A stretch of 64,000 nucleotides of DNA, from positions 23,286,839-23,350,838 of the forward strand of contig NC_068985.1 in NCBI RefSeq assembly GCF_001194135.2. Direction: 5' to 3'. The notes beneath the pieces are model-generated. The model did no database searches. It was not told the origin of the DNA and worked only from the letters and a program-made list of their open reading frames with translations. The DNA comes from Octopus bimaculoides (taxonomy: Eukaryota). Positions 13,830-27,210 of the stretch are shown in pieces. Positions within the stretch are counted from its first letter, which is position 1, and each line of letters starts with the position of its first letter. Position numbers and translations under genes: made by a program.

Positions 13830-13994
13830 GTATTATCACATAAATAATATATGCCTGAGTTTACAAATAAGAGGGAAATTATTATTCACTATAAAAGTGG
13901 AGTGTGATTATTTATTGTGGAGATTACACTGTTATGATTGCGAATTTTTCAGATATCTATCATTGATTATTGATTATACAACTGATTGAGGAAT

Positions 13995-14292
13995 TCATCA
14001 TCATCATCATCATCATCGTCCGCTTTCCATGCTGGCATGGGTTGGACGATTTGACTGAGGACTGGTGAAACCGGATGGCAACACCAGGCTCCAATCTAAT
14101 TTGGCAGAGTTTCTACAGCTGGATGCCCTTCCTAACGCCAACCACTCCAAGAGTGTAGTGGGTGCTTTTACGTGTCACCTGCACGAGGGCCAGTCAGGCG
14201 GTACTGGCAACGGCCACGCTCAAAATGGTGTCTTTTATGTGCCACCCGCACAAGAGCCAGTCCAGCGGCACTGGCAACGATCTTGCTCGAAA
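13995..14292 (-). mobile_element. Family B element running into a gap
   Basis: Consensus match with (cat)n tail. Confidence 0.85.
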
Positions 14293-14656
14293 NNNNNNNN
14301 NNNNNNNNNNNNNNNNNNNNNNNNNNNNNNNNNNNNNNNNNNNNNNNNNNNNNNNNNNNNNNNNNNNNNNNNNNNNNNNNNNNNNNNNNNNNNNNNNNNN
14401 NNNNNNNNNNNNNNNNNNNNNNNNNNNNNNNNNNNNNNNNNNNNNNNNNNNNNNNNNNNNNNNNNNNNNNNNNNNNNNNNNNNNNNNNNNNNNNNNNNNN
14501 NNNNNNNNNNNNNNNNNNNNNNNNNNNNNNNNNNNNNNNNNNNNNNNNNNNNNNNNNNNNNNNNNNNNNNNNNNNNNNNNNNNNNNNNNNNNNNNNNNNN
14601 NNNNNNNNNNNNNNNNNNNNNNNNNNNNNNNNNNNNNNNNNNNNNNNNNNNNNNNN

Positions 14657-14830
14657 ATGCTTCTTATGTTCAGCTTTTCTCTCAAGATACTTACACTCTG
14701 ACGGGTATGCACACTGACATTACACATCCAGCGGAGCATACTGGCTTCATTCCTTGCGAGCTTACGCATGTCCTCAGCAGTCACAGCCCATGTTTCACTG
14801 CCATGTAGCATGGCTGTTTGTACACATGCG
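14657..14830 (-). mobile_element. RTE LINE C-terminal fragment; its 3' tail probably continues across the gap to 13995
   Basis: Well-preserved CVQTAMLHGSETWAVTAEDMRKLARNEASMLRWMCNVSVHTRQSVSILREKLNIRS. Confidence 0.85.
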
Positions 14831-15973
14831 TCATACAGTCTGCCTTTTACCCCAGCAGGGGTAAGAGCTCTCTAAACTTGGCCCAGGCTATTCTTATTCT
14901 AGCAGCTACACTTTCAGCGCACCCACCCCCACTACTAACTTGGTCACCCAGATAGCGGAAGCTATCGACTACCTCTAGTTTTTCTCCCTGGAATTATAAG
15001 GTACAATATTTATGCCAAAGATAATATATATATAAAGTAATATTAAATGGGGAGAAAGGATTTTCAGATGTTGGGCTTTACAGAGGGAATGATAGGAGAC
15101 TGAGACTTCTGACAGTTTGCTGTGCTTGAGAAGACATGTTAAGCTAGGTTAATACATGGTTGTCCTTGCATACAGGCATGTCCCCTGCATCCTGCTTCAG
15201 CTGAGTGTTCCTAATCTTGCAGATCTGTGGGTGCTAGTGCCATGTAAAAAACACCGATGCCGGTGCTATGTAAAAGCATGCATGCCAGTGTTGCATAAAA
15301 GCACCCAGTACACTCTGTAAAGGGGTTGGTGTTAGGAAGGGCACCCAGCTATAGAAACCATGCCAAAACAGACATGGAGCCTGGGCAGCTCTCCAGCTGA
15401 CTAGCTTCTGTCAAACCACCTAACCCATGACATCATGGAAAGCAGACATTAAATGATGATGATGATGATGTGGGATGAGAGGCTATCAAAGAGGTTAGTG
15501 ATGCAGACTAGACAATAATCAGGCATCCATGTATACATATATGCATCAATACATACTTATGCCTAATGATGTATGCTTGCATATGTACAAACATACACAA
15601 CATAAATTTTAAAGTCCACTTTGTCATTCCTGAGCAGGCAAGGAGGTTTTCTTCCACACAGTATACTGTCAGTCAATGCAATCCTTTGACATCTCTTCAG
15701 TGAGGTGTAAGAGTTTCAGATCTGTCTCTATCACTTCATTCCAAGTCTTCCTTTGTCTTCCTCTTCCATAGGTTCCATCTTCTTTGAGTGCATGGCACAT
15801 CTTTATAAAGTTGCTCTCCTTCATGCTCATTACATGCTTATATCAACACCATCTTCTCTCTTGTACACTATATCTGATTCCTCTTATACAGTTTTCTCTC
15901 AGCTCATTTGTGCTCTGTTGTTCTGGTCACAACTAATACAGAATAGCCTCAGAAGTAAATACTATTGAAGTTA

Positions 15974-16358
15974 TTGTTGGCACTCCATTGCTTACGACGT
16001 CGAGGGTTCCAGTTGATCCGATCAACGGAACAGCCTGCTCGTGAAATTAACGTGCAAGTGGCTGAGCACTCCACAGATACGTGTACCCTTAATGTAGTTC
16101 TTGGGGAGATTCAGCGTGACACAGTGTGACAAGGCTGGCCCTTTGAATTACAGGCACAACAGAAACAGGAAGTAAGAATGAGAGAAAGTTGTGGTGGAAG
16201 AGTACAGCAGGGTTCGCCACCATCCCCTGCCAGAGCCTCGTGGAGCTTTAGGTGTTTTCGCTCAATAAACACTCACAACGCCCGGTCTGGGAATCGAAAC
16301 CGTGATCGTATGACCGCGAGTCCGCTGCCCTAACCACTGGGCCATTGTGCCTCCACCA
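15974..16358 (-). mobile_element. SINE family C (tRNA-derived, OR/Ceph-SINE-like), full length with TSD
   Basis: tRNA-like head on the minus strand (tggagg..atggcccagtggttagggcagcgg). 11-bp TSD tattgaagtta at 15963-15973 and 16359-16369. The family name is inferred. Confidence 0.9.
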
Positions 16359-17329
16359 TATTGAAGTTAACTTAACTCAGAAATATACAGAAGTAGTCTA
16401 TTAAACTGTGTATCAATTACTCAGCTCAGTCTTGTGGTTTATCATTAAGTTATTGCCTGCACAGTTAAACTTGAACATTTATTGACTTTCTGATCATTGA
16501 TACAACTTTCTTTTTAAAATTGCTCTTTTTTTATGTTTAATTGGAGTGAGGGTGCAGAAAGCAAAAGCAAGCAAAAAAGATAATGGTATGGACAAAATGG
16601 ACAGGAGTTACAGTGGTATGAGCAATAGACAGATGAGTGATAGAAATATATGACGTGAAGAAAGACTGTGCCTATAACTCTTTATAAGGTCTCTGAGTCT
16701 GATGAGAAGTAGGGAGGAAGTTATCCTCAAATTGAAGACCACGGTTTCTAGGGCTGGATGCCCTTCCTAATGCCAACTACTTCAAAGCATGTACTGGGTA
16801 CTCTTTTTCTTACCACCAGCAATACTGCAGTTGCTGAGTAGTTCACAAAATCCTGAGTAGGTGGCATTATGCTAGGAGATGAGGGATTAAAGTATGAGAA
16901 TTGAACAGGTTTCTTGCAGTCCAGGGGCTACATGACAACTCACATTTTAGAAGACAGAGTAGGAGTGATTGAGGTGGAGCTGGAAAGAGATTAAAAGAAA
17001 AGTGGTGGTGAAGTGGTATGAAGGGAGAGGAGAAGTTAAAGAGATGGTGGATGGTGATGGTTTCTTGAGAAAGAAATTAGGTGAAGGGCCCAGTTGTGCA
17101 TAAATATATAACAGTTACCACTGATGAGCACAGGGTAACATAATCGGACTGTTACCTAACACTGTTAAATCCCTGGTGCAAAACTGATAGGTAAGATCGG
17201 CTGTAATGGATATATAATATTGTACACTTCAATTAATATATATGCACAATGCTTCCAGAATTCAGTTTCACTGAGATAGGTGGATCTTCTTAAGAATTGT
17301 ATATTGCCAATCATCTAGTCCTTTGTAAG

Positions 17330-18485
17330 GTTCAAGGTCCTGAGATTACTTTTTTATCCCAGGTCTTACTGAGTCTCTGTCTTCTGCAAGTTCTATCAAC
17401 ATTATGTGATCAACACTTCTTTATACAGCTATCCTCATCCATACACATCCCTTGTCCATACCAGCACACATCTGATGCCCGGTTTTCCTCTGAGTATATC
17501 TATACACACTTATAGTGCACATCCAAAGGAGAATGCTTACTTCATTTCTTTCCAGTCTTCTCATGTCCTCTGCATTTGAGGCCTGTGTCTCACTATTAGG
17601 CAACATCACAGTTCTAACCCAAATATATAATCTGAAATTCATTTTGACAGAAAAGACCTTTGTTGTTAACAGTGGTAGTAGCTCCTTGAACTTTCTTTAA
17701 CTTGTTCTATGACTGCTATACTATCACAGTAACTACCTCCCTTGCTAATACCCTAGGTAAAAAAAAAAAAAGCTATCAACAACTTCTAGTGAACTATTTT
17801 GGGCATTTAAGAGAATCTATTTCTGTTGTGCTCATAGTATGTACTGCTCTAGTGAATATATCACATGAAGTTCTGTTAGTGTGTCAGAGATCTCTATTGT
17901 GTCCATAGCTTACAATACAGGGGGTTTATACCTACTCTTTTTTTGTTTATTGAACAAGGCCATTTCACTGAAGATATAGGGTCCTGTCATCCAGGGCCAG
18001 CCCTAAGGTTGCTGGTGCCCCGGGCAAGCTGAAATTCGGTTTGTACAAGCTGACGGTCTTAGAAATTTCCTTGTCTTTGTCACACCCTCCTTAGCGCCTT
18101 GGGTGACTGACCGAGTTGCCAGTACCTTGAGCCGGCCCTGCTGTTACCTTTCCTACTTACTAAAACCTTTGTCTTTGCTGTTTACCTTAAGACAGCTCGA
18201 TTCTAGGTTTAACTTCCAAGCTCAGTATTTCCCATATAGATTCAGCTATGAGAACTAGATCTTTGGCATACAAAAGTTCCCATCATAGCCCAGTCAGTAA
18301 ACCCCTCTGTGGTGGCCAGTAGGGCTGTAATTAATAGAAGACTGAAGACTGAGCTTTTATAGACCTCCTACACTCACAGTAAATTCATCACTGAAATCGT
18401 TGACTCATTTTACTGTATTTTTGTAAGTATCTTGTACAGCATATAAGCCATTCCATTCCTCTATATCTAGTTTCCTGAATCTGTA
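17330..18485 (-). mobile_element. Decayed RTE LINE (RT plus C-terminal region) interrupted by the hAT MITE
   Basis: Minus-strand remnants RKLDIEEWNG, LYAKDLVLIAES, CKLWT and VRTVMLPNSETQASNAEDMRRLERNE. Confidence 0.7.
17992..18140. mobile_element. hAT-type MITE (149 bp) inserted in an RTE remnant
   Basis: TIRs cagggccagccctaaggt / accttgagccggccctg. Degenerate 8-bp TSD ctgtcatc / ctgttacc (6/8 match). Confidence 0.75.
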
Positions 18486-18959
18486 ATTTAAAAATTGCTT
18501 AAAATTTCATAAGTTGGAATAATGAATATATTATAAAAATATTTCCAACAAATACTGTATTTGGGAAAGAAAGCCTCTAATTCAAAAAAGATCAGTGAAA
18601 AGTGGAATTAAAGAAAAAAGAACTATCTATATTACATTTACTATGTAAATAATAGGAGAAACATAAATGTTAAGAGATAATGGCATGTAAGAGAAATATT
18701 GGCAAAATATTCTTCTTTTGTAATTTGGACATATTAAGAAATAGGCAGTCACTATCTGTTAAAATCATTTAAATCAAATACTCCAAACTGTGGCCTTGCG
18801 TGAAAGTTAGAAATTAGTGTTCAGGACAGAGATTTTAAAGTATTATTATTCTATCAAATGCATATAAATGACTAAGCACTTGTAATAATTGATTAGTACC
18901 AAATAATTCCTGATCGAGCAGACCTATGAAGGCAACCGGCCACGACGACCCTGGCTTTT

Positions 18960-19436
18960 ATCTAGTGTCTTTTCTCCTTATACGAGGGAGATTTGGTTGC
19001 TACTTCAAGGAAGTCGAACGCCCAGCAAGTCGGCTCGTTCTTAGGCTTAGGCAGTTGGCACTACCTCAGAAGACTAAGGCTGCAAAGAAAAAATCAAGTG
19101 GTTAAATTAACAAGAGAGTACAGCCAGGAATATGACACGAATAGTGGTGCAGCATATCTTCAAAATGTCCCCCCCCCCTCACCAACTCAATAGCAGCCCA
19201 GGGCGTTCCGCACACCCCACACTACGTCACTGCACGACCAAATCCCGAAGACCTAGTTTTCGACAATACAAACGTGGCAATGAAATGTCATGACTCAGTA
19301 CTCTCTAGTCTGGATTCATTTTATGAAACATATGAAAGGAAGAGAACATCAAACTGAAAGTGACTACACATAAACGAGGTAAAAAAAAACAAACAAAAAA
19401 ACCCCGAGATCATCACGCGTAGTGACAAGCTACATA

Positions 19437-19474
<38 letters not shown>

Positions 19475-20664
19475 TTTAATGCTAAAAGAAATAAGAAATG
19501 ATCAAAGAGTTTGACTAACAGGGGAAGTAATCGTGTTTTACTCCGAACATATTAAACTCTAAAATAAAAGAGTTAAGTGTCTCGTGAGTTATCGGAAATA
19601 TAAATGAATTTTCTTGCTATTGGAGTTTCTTATTGATTGTAATGACTCCTTCAGCTCAAAATCTGTAGAAAGATGTTGAACATATTACTTTGTAAAGATA
19701 GTGTTACGTCACTGGTTCCGACGTTATTAAAAAAATAAAATAAAATTTCCTTGAATTATACTTCATTTTTATTTTGTGTATCTGAACATTTTAATATGTG
19801 AGATGATTATCCCGTGAAATTTATAAATTCATTAACGAATAATAAAATTATTTCAAATTTTGGCAGATAACAGGAAACGACCTTGTTTTTGGCAATTTGT
19901 TGTGGAAATACGAAAGCAATATCTAAAGTTAGCCTTTATTCGCTTAGGTTGAGAAAGTATTTACTTTATCAATAATGAAAATACTCTGGCAAATTCAGAA
20001 AAAGAGGTCAGATCAAAAACCTATAATGAAAACACCAAAACAGGGAAAATAACTGATAATTAAATGTAAATCTAATTGTGTGCGCGCGCGTGGGTATATA
20101 TATATATATATACATGTGTGTGTGTGTGTGTGTATATATGTAGTACTTTCGTGAACTTGCGCAGCGATAATCATCCGGGGTATTTGTATTATAGCACTTC
20201 GGTGATGGCGGTCAAGGAAAAAATTTATGTAACATTACCGAGTAACAAAAGACTATGAAATTTAATTTTACAGCTATTTCAAAATTTCATAATATTACCA
20301 ACGCCAACTATATTGTATGTTGTTCAATATCTGAAAAGTAAGGGTCACGAAAGTTAGATAAATGCTCACTTATTCTTTCTTTGCCCACTTGCTATTATTA
20401 TTGCACATAACCTAATATTGCTTTTTGAACTTTGCTAAAAAAAAACAAAAAAATATCATACTAACGTAAAATATTCTTTATTCAAGATACTAAACACTCT
20501 TACGTGTATTTATATATATATAGTTCTAATTTTCTTTCAATATACATATGTGTCAGTTGATTTACTAAGACACATATGAATGTATTTTAATATCTAAACA
20601 CACCAGTTGTAACCTTATACACAAATCCACATTTATTGGGTATTTGTGTATAGACAATATTGAA
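18960..20664. promoter_or_regulatory. Putative promoter / 5'UTR region of the Mask gene (possibly bidirectional)
   Basis: Visibly CpG-retaining unique sequence upstream of exon 1, in contrast with CpG-poor flanks. Contains a CRE-like ACGTCA (~19224, ~19705), an AP-1-like TGACTCA (~19291) and a YY1-like GATGGCGG (~20204). The TSS cannot be determined. Confidence 0.4.
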
Positions 20665-21399
20665 ATGGAACAGAATTCGGCCAAGTCCGGTACCAGCAAA
20701 CACACATTTAACACTACAATTTCAACAAATGCATCTGCAACACTAGCAGCTTTGGTTTCAACACCAATCAAAGCCAGTGAGAACAGCACTACCTGTGATA
20801 AAAGTAAGAGTAATAAAACTGAACACAGTACTTTAGCTTGTTCTAGTGTTAATACTGGTAACGATAGCGATACTGGTGGTTTTCATACTGAAATGGAAGG
20901 AACTAGGAGAAACGGTAACAGAAAAAAGTGCAACAGAGAAGCAGTGGTGCAATCATCTGTGACCAATTCTACTGCTACACAGACTACTTCGTGTGCGTCT
21001 TCGAGTCACACATGTACTTACCCAGTTGTCACAAACAATATTACGTCCACTACAGTTATTTCTGGGGCGACTTCGACGACGACGACGACCTGCAAAAAAA
21101 GCAGTACAGCCATTTCAGGAGTTCCTGGGAATAGCAACATAAGCAACCACCTCCTTAGTAATTGCAGTGATAACAACGGCAGTGATATCTCATCGGTGAA
21201 ATCACAAAAAACAATGAAGAGTACCCCCATCTTACGACTTGGGGGCTCTGCGACAGTAGCAAGGACTAAACGGACATCTCCATCATCACCGCCTTTCCCA
21301 TCTTCTGTTGTTGTCGGTGGTGGTGGACACAGTACACATTCGACTCCTATCTTCGGACCTGCTGACATATCAACCAGCGATGATGATGAAATATCTGAG
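20665..21399 (+). CDS. ANKHD1/ANKRD17: ANKHD1/ANKRD17 (Mask) orthologue, first coding exon (245 aa, Ser/Thr/Asn-rich low-complexity N-terminus)
   Basis: Longest clean ORF in the window. ATG at 20665 is the first in-frame ATG after an in-frame TAA at 20566-20568. The exon ends ...STSDDDEISE at GAG|gtaagg (phase-0 donor, 21399/21400), matching the SDEDEVSE motif that precedes VESF in vertebrate ANKHD1/ANKRD17 (recalled from memory). The start codon is less certain than the 3' boundary. Confidence 0.85.
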
Positions 21400-24300
21400 G
21401 TAAGGAACACATAATGATAACATCAACATCGGCTGGTACTGCCGTGGTTGCTGTAGCTGTTTGTCTCAGACAAATTCTTGGTGGATGAGTTGGAAATAAA
21501 AAGGGTCATCATATATAACCTATAATAATAATAATTTCCTCATTTTACAACCGATTTATTTGTGAATAGTTGTCAAACTTTGTGTGGTGTAGAAAATTTT
21601 CTTGTACTCCAATCCTTTCTGTATGTTAATACAATCGACAAATAATTAAATATTTGAATGACCAAGTGTGTTAATATAATTACGTGTTTAATTTACGTGG
21701 GAATATTCATTGACGTCTGTGATCTCACACCCATCTGCTTACACTTTTATCTTTGTCTATTCCCTTCCGAAAACAAAATTCCTCTTTGCACATTTACGGG
21801 GGGGGGGGGAATCCCTTTTAATCCTCTAATCTACATCCCATTGCGTATTAATTTTTCTCCTTGACATTTAGTTTCTCCCTCAACAATTTTGAAAAAAGAA
21901 AATCTAAAATGTTTTGATCACCTACTTGATATTAATAATTTCTATTAAAATCCAAACCTAGCATTTATTAGATAACATAAGCTAAAATTAACCTTGACTC
22001 CTGCAATCCTTAGGAAATAGTCATTTATCTATAGCGTTTTCACTTTAATATAGGACATCATTAAATTGTGATTCTGTCGATATATACTTTTTGTGTATAC
22101 CATTCTGTTTAGCGATGGATTTCTGCTCCATAAAATCTGCTACCCCGCTTCTAATTAACTGATAATAAAATGCATTTCCAAACAAGGTATCTGTACGCTG
22201 ACTAGCTACATTGTTATAATTCTCATGTAATTTCGTCAAGTTCCGAATTGTCAGAAATTGTTTGTTTGATTTGTGCTAATGGTAATAACTAGTCTCATTT
22301 ATTTAGTTAACTAGGTCTGGTGGTTTTACAGAGAGGATGTTTATGAATTACCATTTCTATAGTTTCGGTATTTCAAGGTATCATCAAAGTTCTGCACGTG
22401 GGTACTGTGTCATCCTCCTTCAACTAGTCACCTTCATTTCAAACGCTACCCCTATATATATATATTTTTAAAATGCTAGTAACCATTTTGGGTTTTTTTT
22501 TTCGTGTTGTTATGAAGACCAGCTTTGTTAGCTGCTTCTATTGTCATGCGAGTAGACTGTCACCCATATATTACCACAGCTTCTGTATATTTTCTGACAG
22601 TAACACCCGTTATTTTCTCAATGATGTCCCTTGTTGCAGCAACCGCCATACTTCCCCAACCTCTGATGCAATTTGAGCTTCTGGAATTTAGTCACATGGA
22701 CAACTGCTTATTTTATTGATCCTAGATTGTTCAATTCACCTAATACATCATTTTGGTTACACTAAATTTCATTTTTTTTGGAAGGATTGTTTAAAATATT
22801 ACACACACATACATACATACTTACACACACACATACATATACATNNNNNNNNNNATATGACTATATCTTTGTTCTGTTCGCTTTTCTGACCTGAGATTTG
22901 TAAACAAATTGCCAATATCAACTCCCTATTTAAAGACTATGTTTCATTGAAACTATTTTTTTTATCTATAAATTTATTTAGAAAGATGTTGTTTCATATT
23001 TTGTATATTTGTCCATTATTTTTTTTCAAACATCCATTCATAAAATTTAAACACTTTTACTTCCAGAATTATTTAGAAAAAACCACGTCATGATGGTTTC
23101 TCCATTTGGTTGATCAAATAAAATTTGTAGTCTTTCTCGAGTATGATTTAGGTTGAACTCTTTTAATAAATGTTTCTTTAGGGTTTAGTTGTCATTCGGA
23201 TTTTTTTTCGAATAATAAAATATTTGATTTGATACAGTTTAAAATTTGTCTGCAGAATACCCCCTCTCCACTTTCATTTTGCAGCTTAGCTGGAACGAAT
23301 TAAAAATACTTGTGGTTCTTTTTGAAATACGTCAGTTTAGTGCTATCATACGTAATGCGGTGAGAGAAAAAAAAATTCATAATACCTATGTGCTTTTAGT
23401 ACTTTTAAATTCGGTAATTGGAATCTGATTAGAAAAATGTAAAGAGATCTAAGAGCTAAACAGACTCGTAAATGTGGTGGTTCTAATGAAGTTTGCCATT
23501 CAGTTCTAGAAGAGTGTTACGTATTCCAGATCGGGTGTTGATGTAGGTTGAAAAGTGTAGGTTAGAAATGTAGGAGTTAAATGTCTTGATGTCATGTAAA
23601 AATTGTAATGTGTGCTTTTTCCTGCATTAATCTTGCATTCTAGTTAATCAAAATCGTTTTACAATCTTGTAGGACTCATAGCTATCGATAAAACTAGAAT
23701 ATTAAGGTAACTGATATTTCTTACCATAGAACAATTCACGTGATGCTCAACTGTCCACATTTTTATTTACAAACAGTAAAGGAGACGAATTCATTTGCTT
23801 TATTGTGCTTTCTACTCTCACAGACGGTTTCTTCACATACAAAAGATATATTCTTTTAGATATTGTTTTTAGTTCTTGTGTATTAAATACAAAAGTGTTA
23901 CTTGTAATGTTTATCTCCAAACAGTATGACTGATGCATTAAACACGTCCAGAATTTTTTTTCGTTGGTATTATTACTACCACTGATTAAAATAATAGCTA
24001 TAATTTATATTTAGCTCAACGAAACTTGGTTTTGACTCCTTTCTTTCCTTAGATCCAGAAAAGCAATATGGACCCCCTCCCCCAAGCTTAATACTCTACA
24101 AAAGCACCATCATACATTACTGCCCTCACCAACATCTATCCGTACCATACCCGACAAATCCTCAACATCTCGTAAATGGGGAAAAAATATACTTCTAAAA
24201 CCTAATAACAACTCCCCACAAAGCAATGTCGTGCACGTTCACAAGACCTCACTGCTTCCATCATGTCACATCCTCAGAAAACCCAGGAAGATTCATCCTT

Positions 24301-26183
24301 GATAATGTTAATCCATTCATTCCTTTTTCAATTCATAACCTGGGCATGGACTACTGCTCTCAGCTACCACCTTACCCTGAAATCTCACACAAACGATACA
24401 TTAATGCTTTAATAACACAAATAAAAGCCTCTTGCTTCAGCCTGTTTACCCTTAATACTTATGCTTTTGACTCCTACTCAGATAAAAAAAAATCATAATA
24501 CTGCCTTTAGAAACGATACGAAATGCACACTATCTATCGGCTTGCCAAGTTTATTTAGAATTCAATTACAACACATTTAGAATCCATTATCTCTATTATC
24601 AAGCATTACAAGGATCCTTCCTCTTTCTTTTTAACTTATACCAGTATATCTCTACAAAACACAGTTTCGTATGCAGTTGACACCACACCTCTCATTGCCA
24701 TAACAGTACAATTGCTTCAGCTTTACATCAACTATCAAGAAAATTAGTTCCAAATGTTTTGACTAAAAACAGTAGCATCTGCCAAATCCACCAACTCGCT
24801 TCTGATCAGGATGTCCTATCATTCTTTAATATCTTGTAATCTGCACAAAGTCACCTCTCTCAATACTGCTCTCCTCTTAGTTGAGGGGTCTCGTCTTGCA
24901 AGTTATTTGGTGACCTTGTTGGTGCTGTGTAAAAAGCACCTAGTACACACTGTAAAATGGTTAGTGTTAGGAAGGGCATCCAGCTGTAGAAACCATGCTA
25001 ACACAGACAGTATAGCTTAGTGCAGGCCTCTAGCTTGCCAGCACTTGTCAAACCATCTAACTATGCCAGCATGGAAAATGAACATTAAATAGTCATGATG
25101 ATAATGATTAGAACATTGCATAGTATTCATTCTCACCCAGTTCTTAGTTTAAATCTTGTTGTGGTCTCTTTTCCATTCACCCTCTTAGGGTTAATAAGAA
25201 GTACCAATCCAGGGCAGTGGATTAGGAGAACTGTTGACATGTCAGACGGTATGGTTTGTAGTATTTGTTCTGGCTCTCTGTATTCCGAGTTCAAATCCTA
25301 CCATAGCCTACTTGGCTGGTAGTCTTAATCCATTGGCCATCACTTGAGTTCGTGGGTGCTTTTAGCAAACTCCTATCTGTTGCACTACTTTCCTTCCTGA
25401 CTAAAAGATAAAAAAGAAATCCACTAAAGAATAACAAATATAACCATTGCATTCTATAAGGAGCTCTGTGTGCAAACGAGGAATTGTAGTCAGAAAGCAT
25501 TCTTATGCACCACGTTTAGCTAATAATGCATTAGATCTTTTATAGTTCTCTCTTATCTTCTCGGGGCTCTCAGCTGTGTCGCCATCAGCACTGTTGAAAT
25601 AGATTTTCTATGGCCAGATGCTCTTTCTGATACCAACATCTGTTTCCAAGCAAAGTAATATTCCCCCCCCCCCAGTCAGACTTGTTTTTATCAAAGATTG
25701 GAAACTCACTATCTTACTTGTATGATAGTAATGTTTGTTTACAATCATTATACGTCAAGACAAGGGTACACACACATACACACATATATGATGGGCTTTT
25801 TTGGGGTTTCCATCAACTAAATTCACTCTGAAGGCTTTGGTTAGCTCAGAACTATAGTAGAAGACACTTTCCCAAGGTGCCAAATCTAGGACCATATGGC
25901 TGGAAGCAAGCTTCTTAACCACACAGCCACACCTGTTCTTTCACAGAAAATTTATTAAGAACACGGCTTGTTACACACCACTGCACAATGAAAGAAAAAT
26001 ACTCAAAATAAAAGACTGCAAGCATGTGAAGAGCACAGCATGTTGCTATACCCATTAACATCCCAAATTATTTGTGTCACTACATGTTCAATCACCTTGA
26101 AATATCCCAGAGCATTACAACTCTGTACCTTACATTCAGTCCATATTAATGTAAAATGGATACACACAAAAATAACAGGCGAA

Positions 26184-26322
26184 GGCATGGCTGTGTGGTA
26201 AGAAGTTTCCTTCTTAGCCACATGGTTTTGGGTTCAGCCCCACTGCATGGCACCTTAGGCAAGAGTCTTCTACTATAGCCTTGGGCCAACCAAAGCCTTG
26301 AGTGGATTTGGGAGACGGAAAC

Positions 26323-26360
<38 letters not shown>

Positions 26361-27210
26361 NNNNNNNNNNNNNNNNNNNNNNNNNNNNNNNNNNNNNNNN
26401 NNNNNNNNNNNNNNNNNNNNNNNNNNNNNNNNNNNNNNNNNNNNNNNNNNNNNNNNNNNNNNNNNNNNNNNNNNNNNNNNNNNNNNNNNNNNNNNNNNNN
26501 NNNNNNNNNNNNNNNNNNNNNNNNNNNNNNNNNNNNNNNNNNNNNNNNNNNNNNNNNNNNNNNNNNNNNNNNNNNNNNNNNNNNNNNNNNNNNNNNNNNN
26601 NNNNNNNNNNNNNNNNNNNNNNNNNNNNNNNNNNNNNNNNNNNNNNNNNNNNNNNNNNNNNNNNNNNNNNNNNNNNNNNNNNNNNNNNNNNNNNNNNNNN
26701 NNNNNNNNNNNNNNNNNNNNNNNNNNNNNNNNNNNNNNNNNNNNNNNNNNNNNNNNNNNNNNNNNNNNNNNNNNNNNNNNNNNNNNNNNNNNNNNNNNNN
26801 NNNNNNNNNNNNNNNNNNNNNNNNNNNNNNNNNNNNNNNNNNNNNNNNNNNNNNNNNNNNNNNNNNNNNNNNNNNNNNNNNNNNNNNNNNNNNNNNNNNN
26901 NNNNNNNNNNNNNNNNNNNNNNNNNNNNNNNNNNNNNNNNNNNNNNNNNNNNNNNNNNNNNNNNNNNNNNNTATATATATATATATATATCTGTGTGTGT
27001 GTTTGTCTCCCATCACTGATTGACAACCAGTGTTCATATGTTTACATCCCTGTAAGTTAGTAGTTTGGCAAAAAAGAAAAAAAAAGCCCAATAGAATAAG
27101 TATAAGATTTAAAAAAGTACTGGGGTCAATTCATTCGGATAAAAACTCTTCAAAGCGGTACCCCAGCATGGCCACAGTCTAACTGAAACAAGTAAAAGAT
27201 AAAAATATAA
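26184..27210 (+). mobile_element. SINE family A spanning an assembly gap at its central (TA)n
   Basis: Head lies before the gap (26184-26325) and the 3' half after it (26990-27210). Confidence 0.8.

Noticed and set aside
18993-19193. 66-aa ORF in the promoter region
   Set aside because: Non-ATG start, no recognisable similarity and no clear splice sites.
24060-24800. Possible Penelope-like RT remnant (HNLG...YPEISHKR...NTYAFDS)
   Set aside because: The similarity is too weak to call without a profile search.
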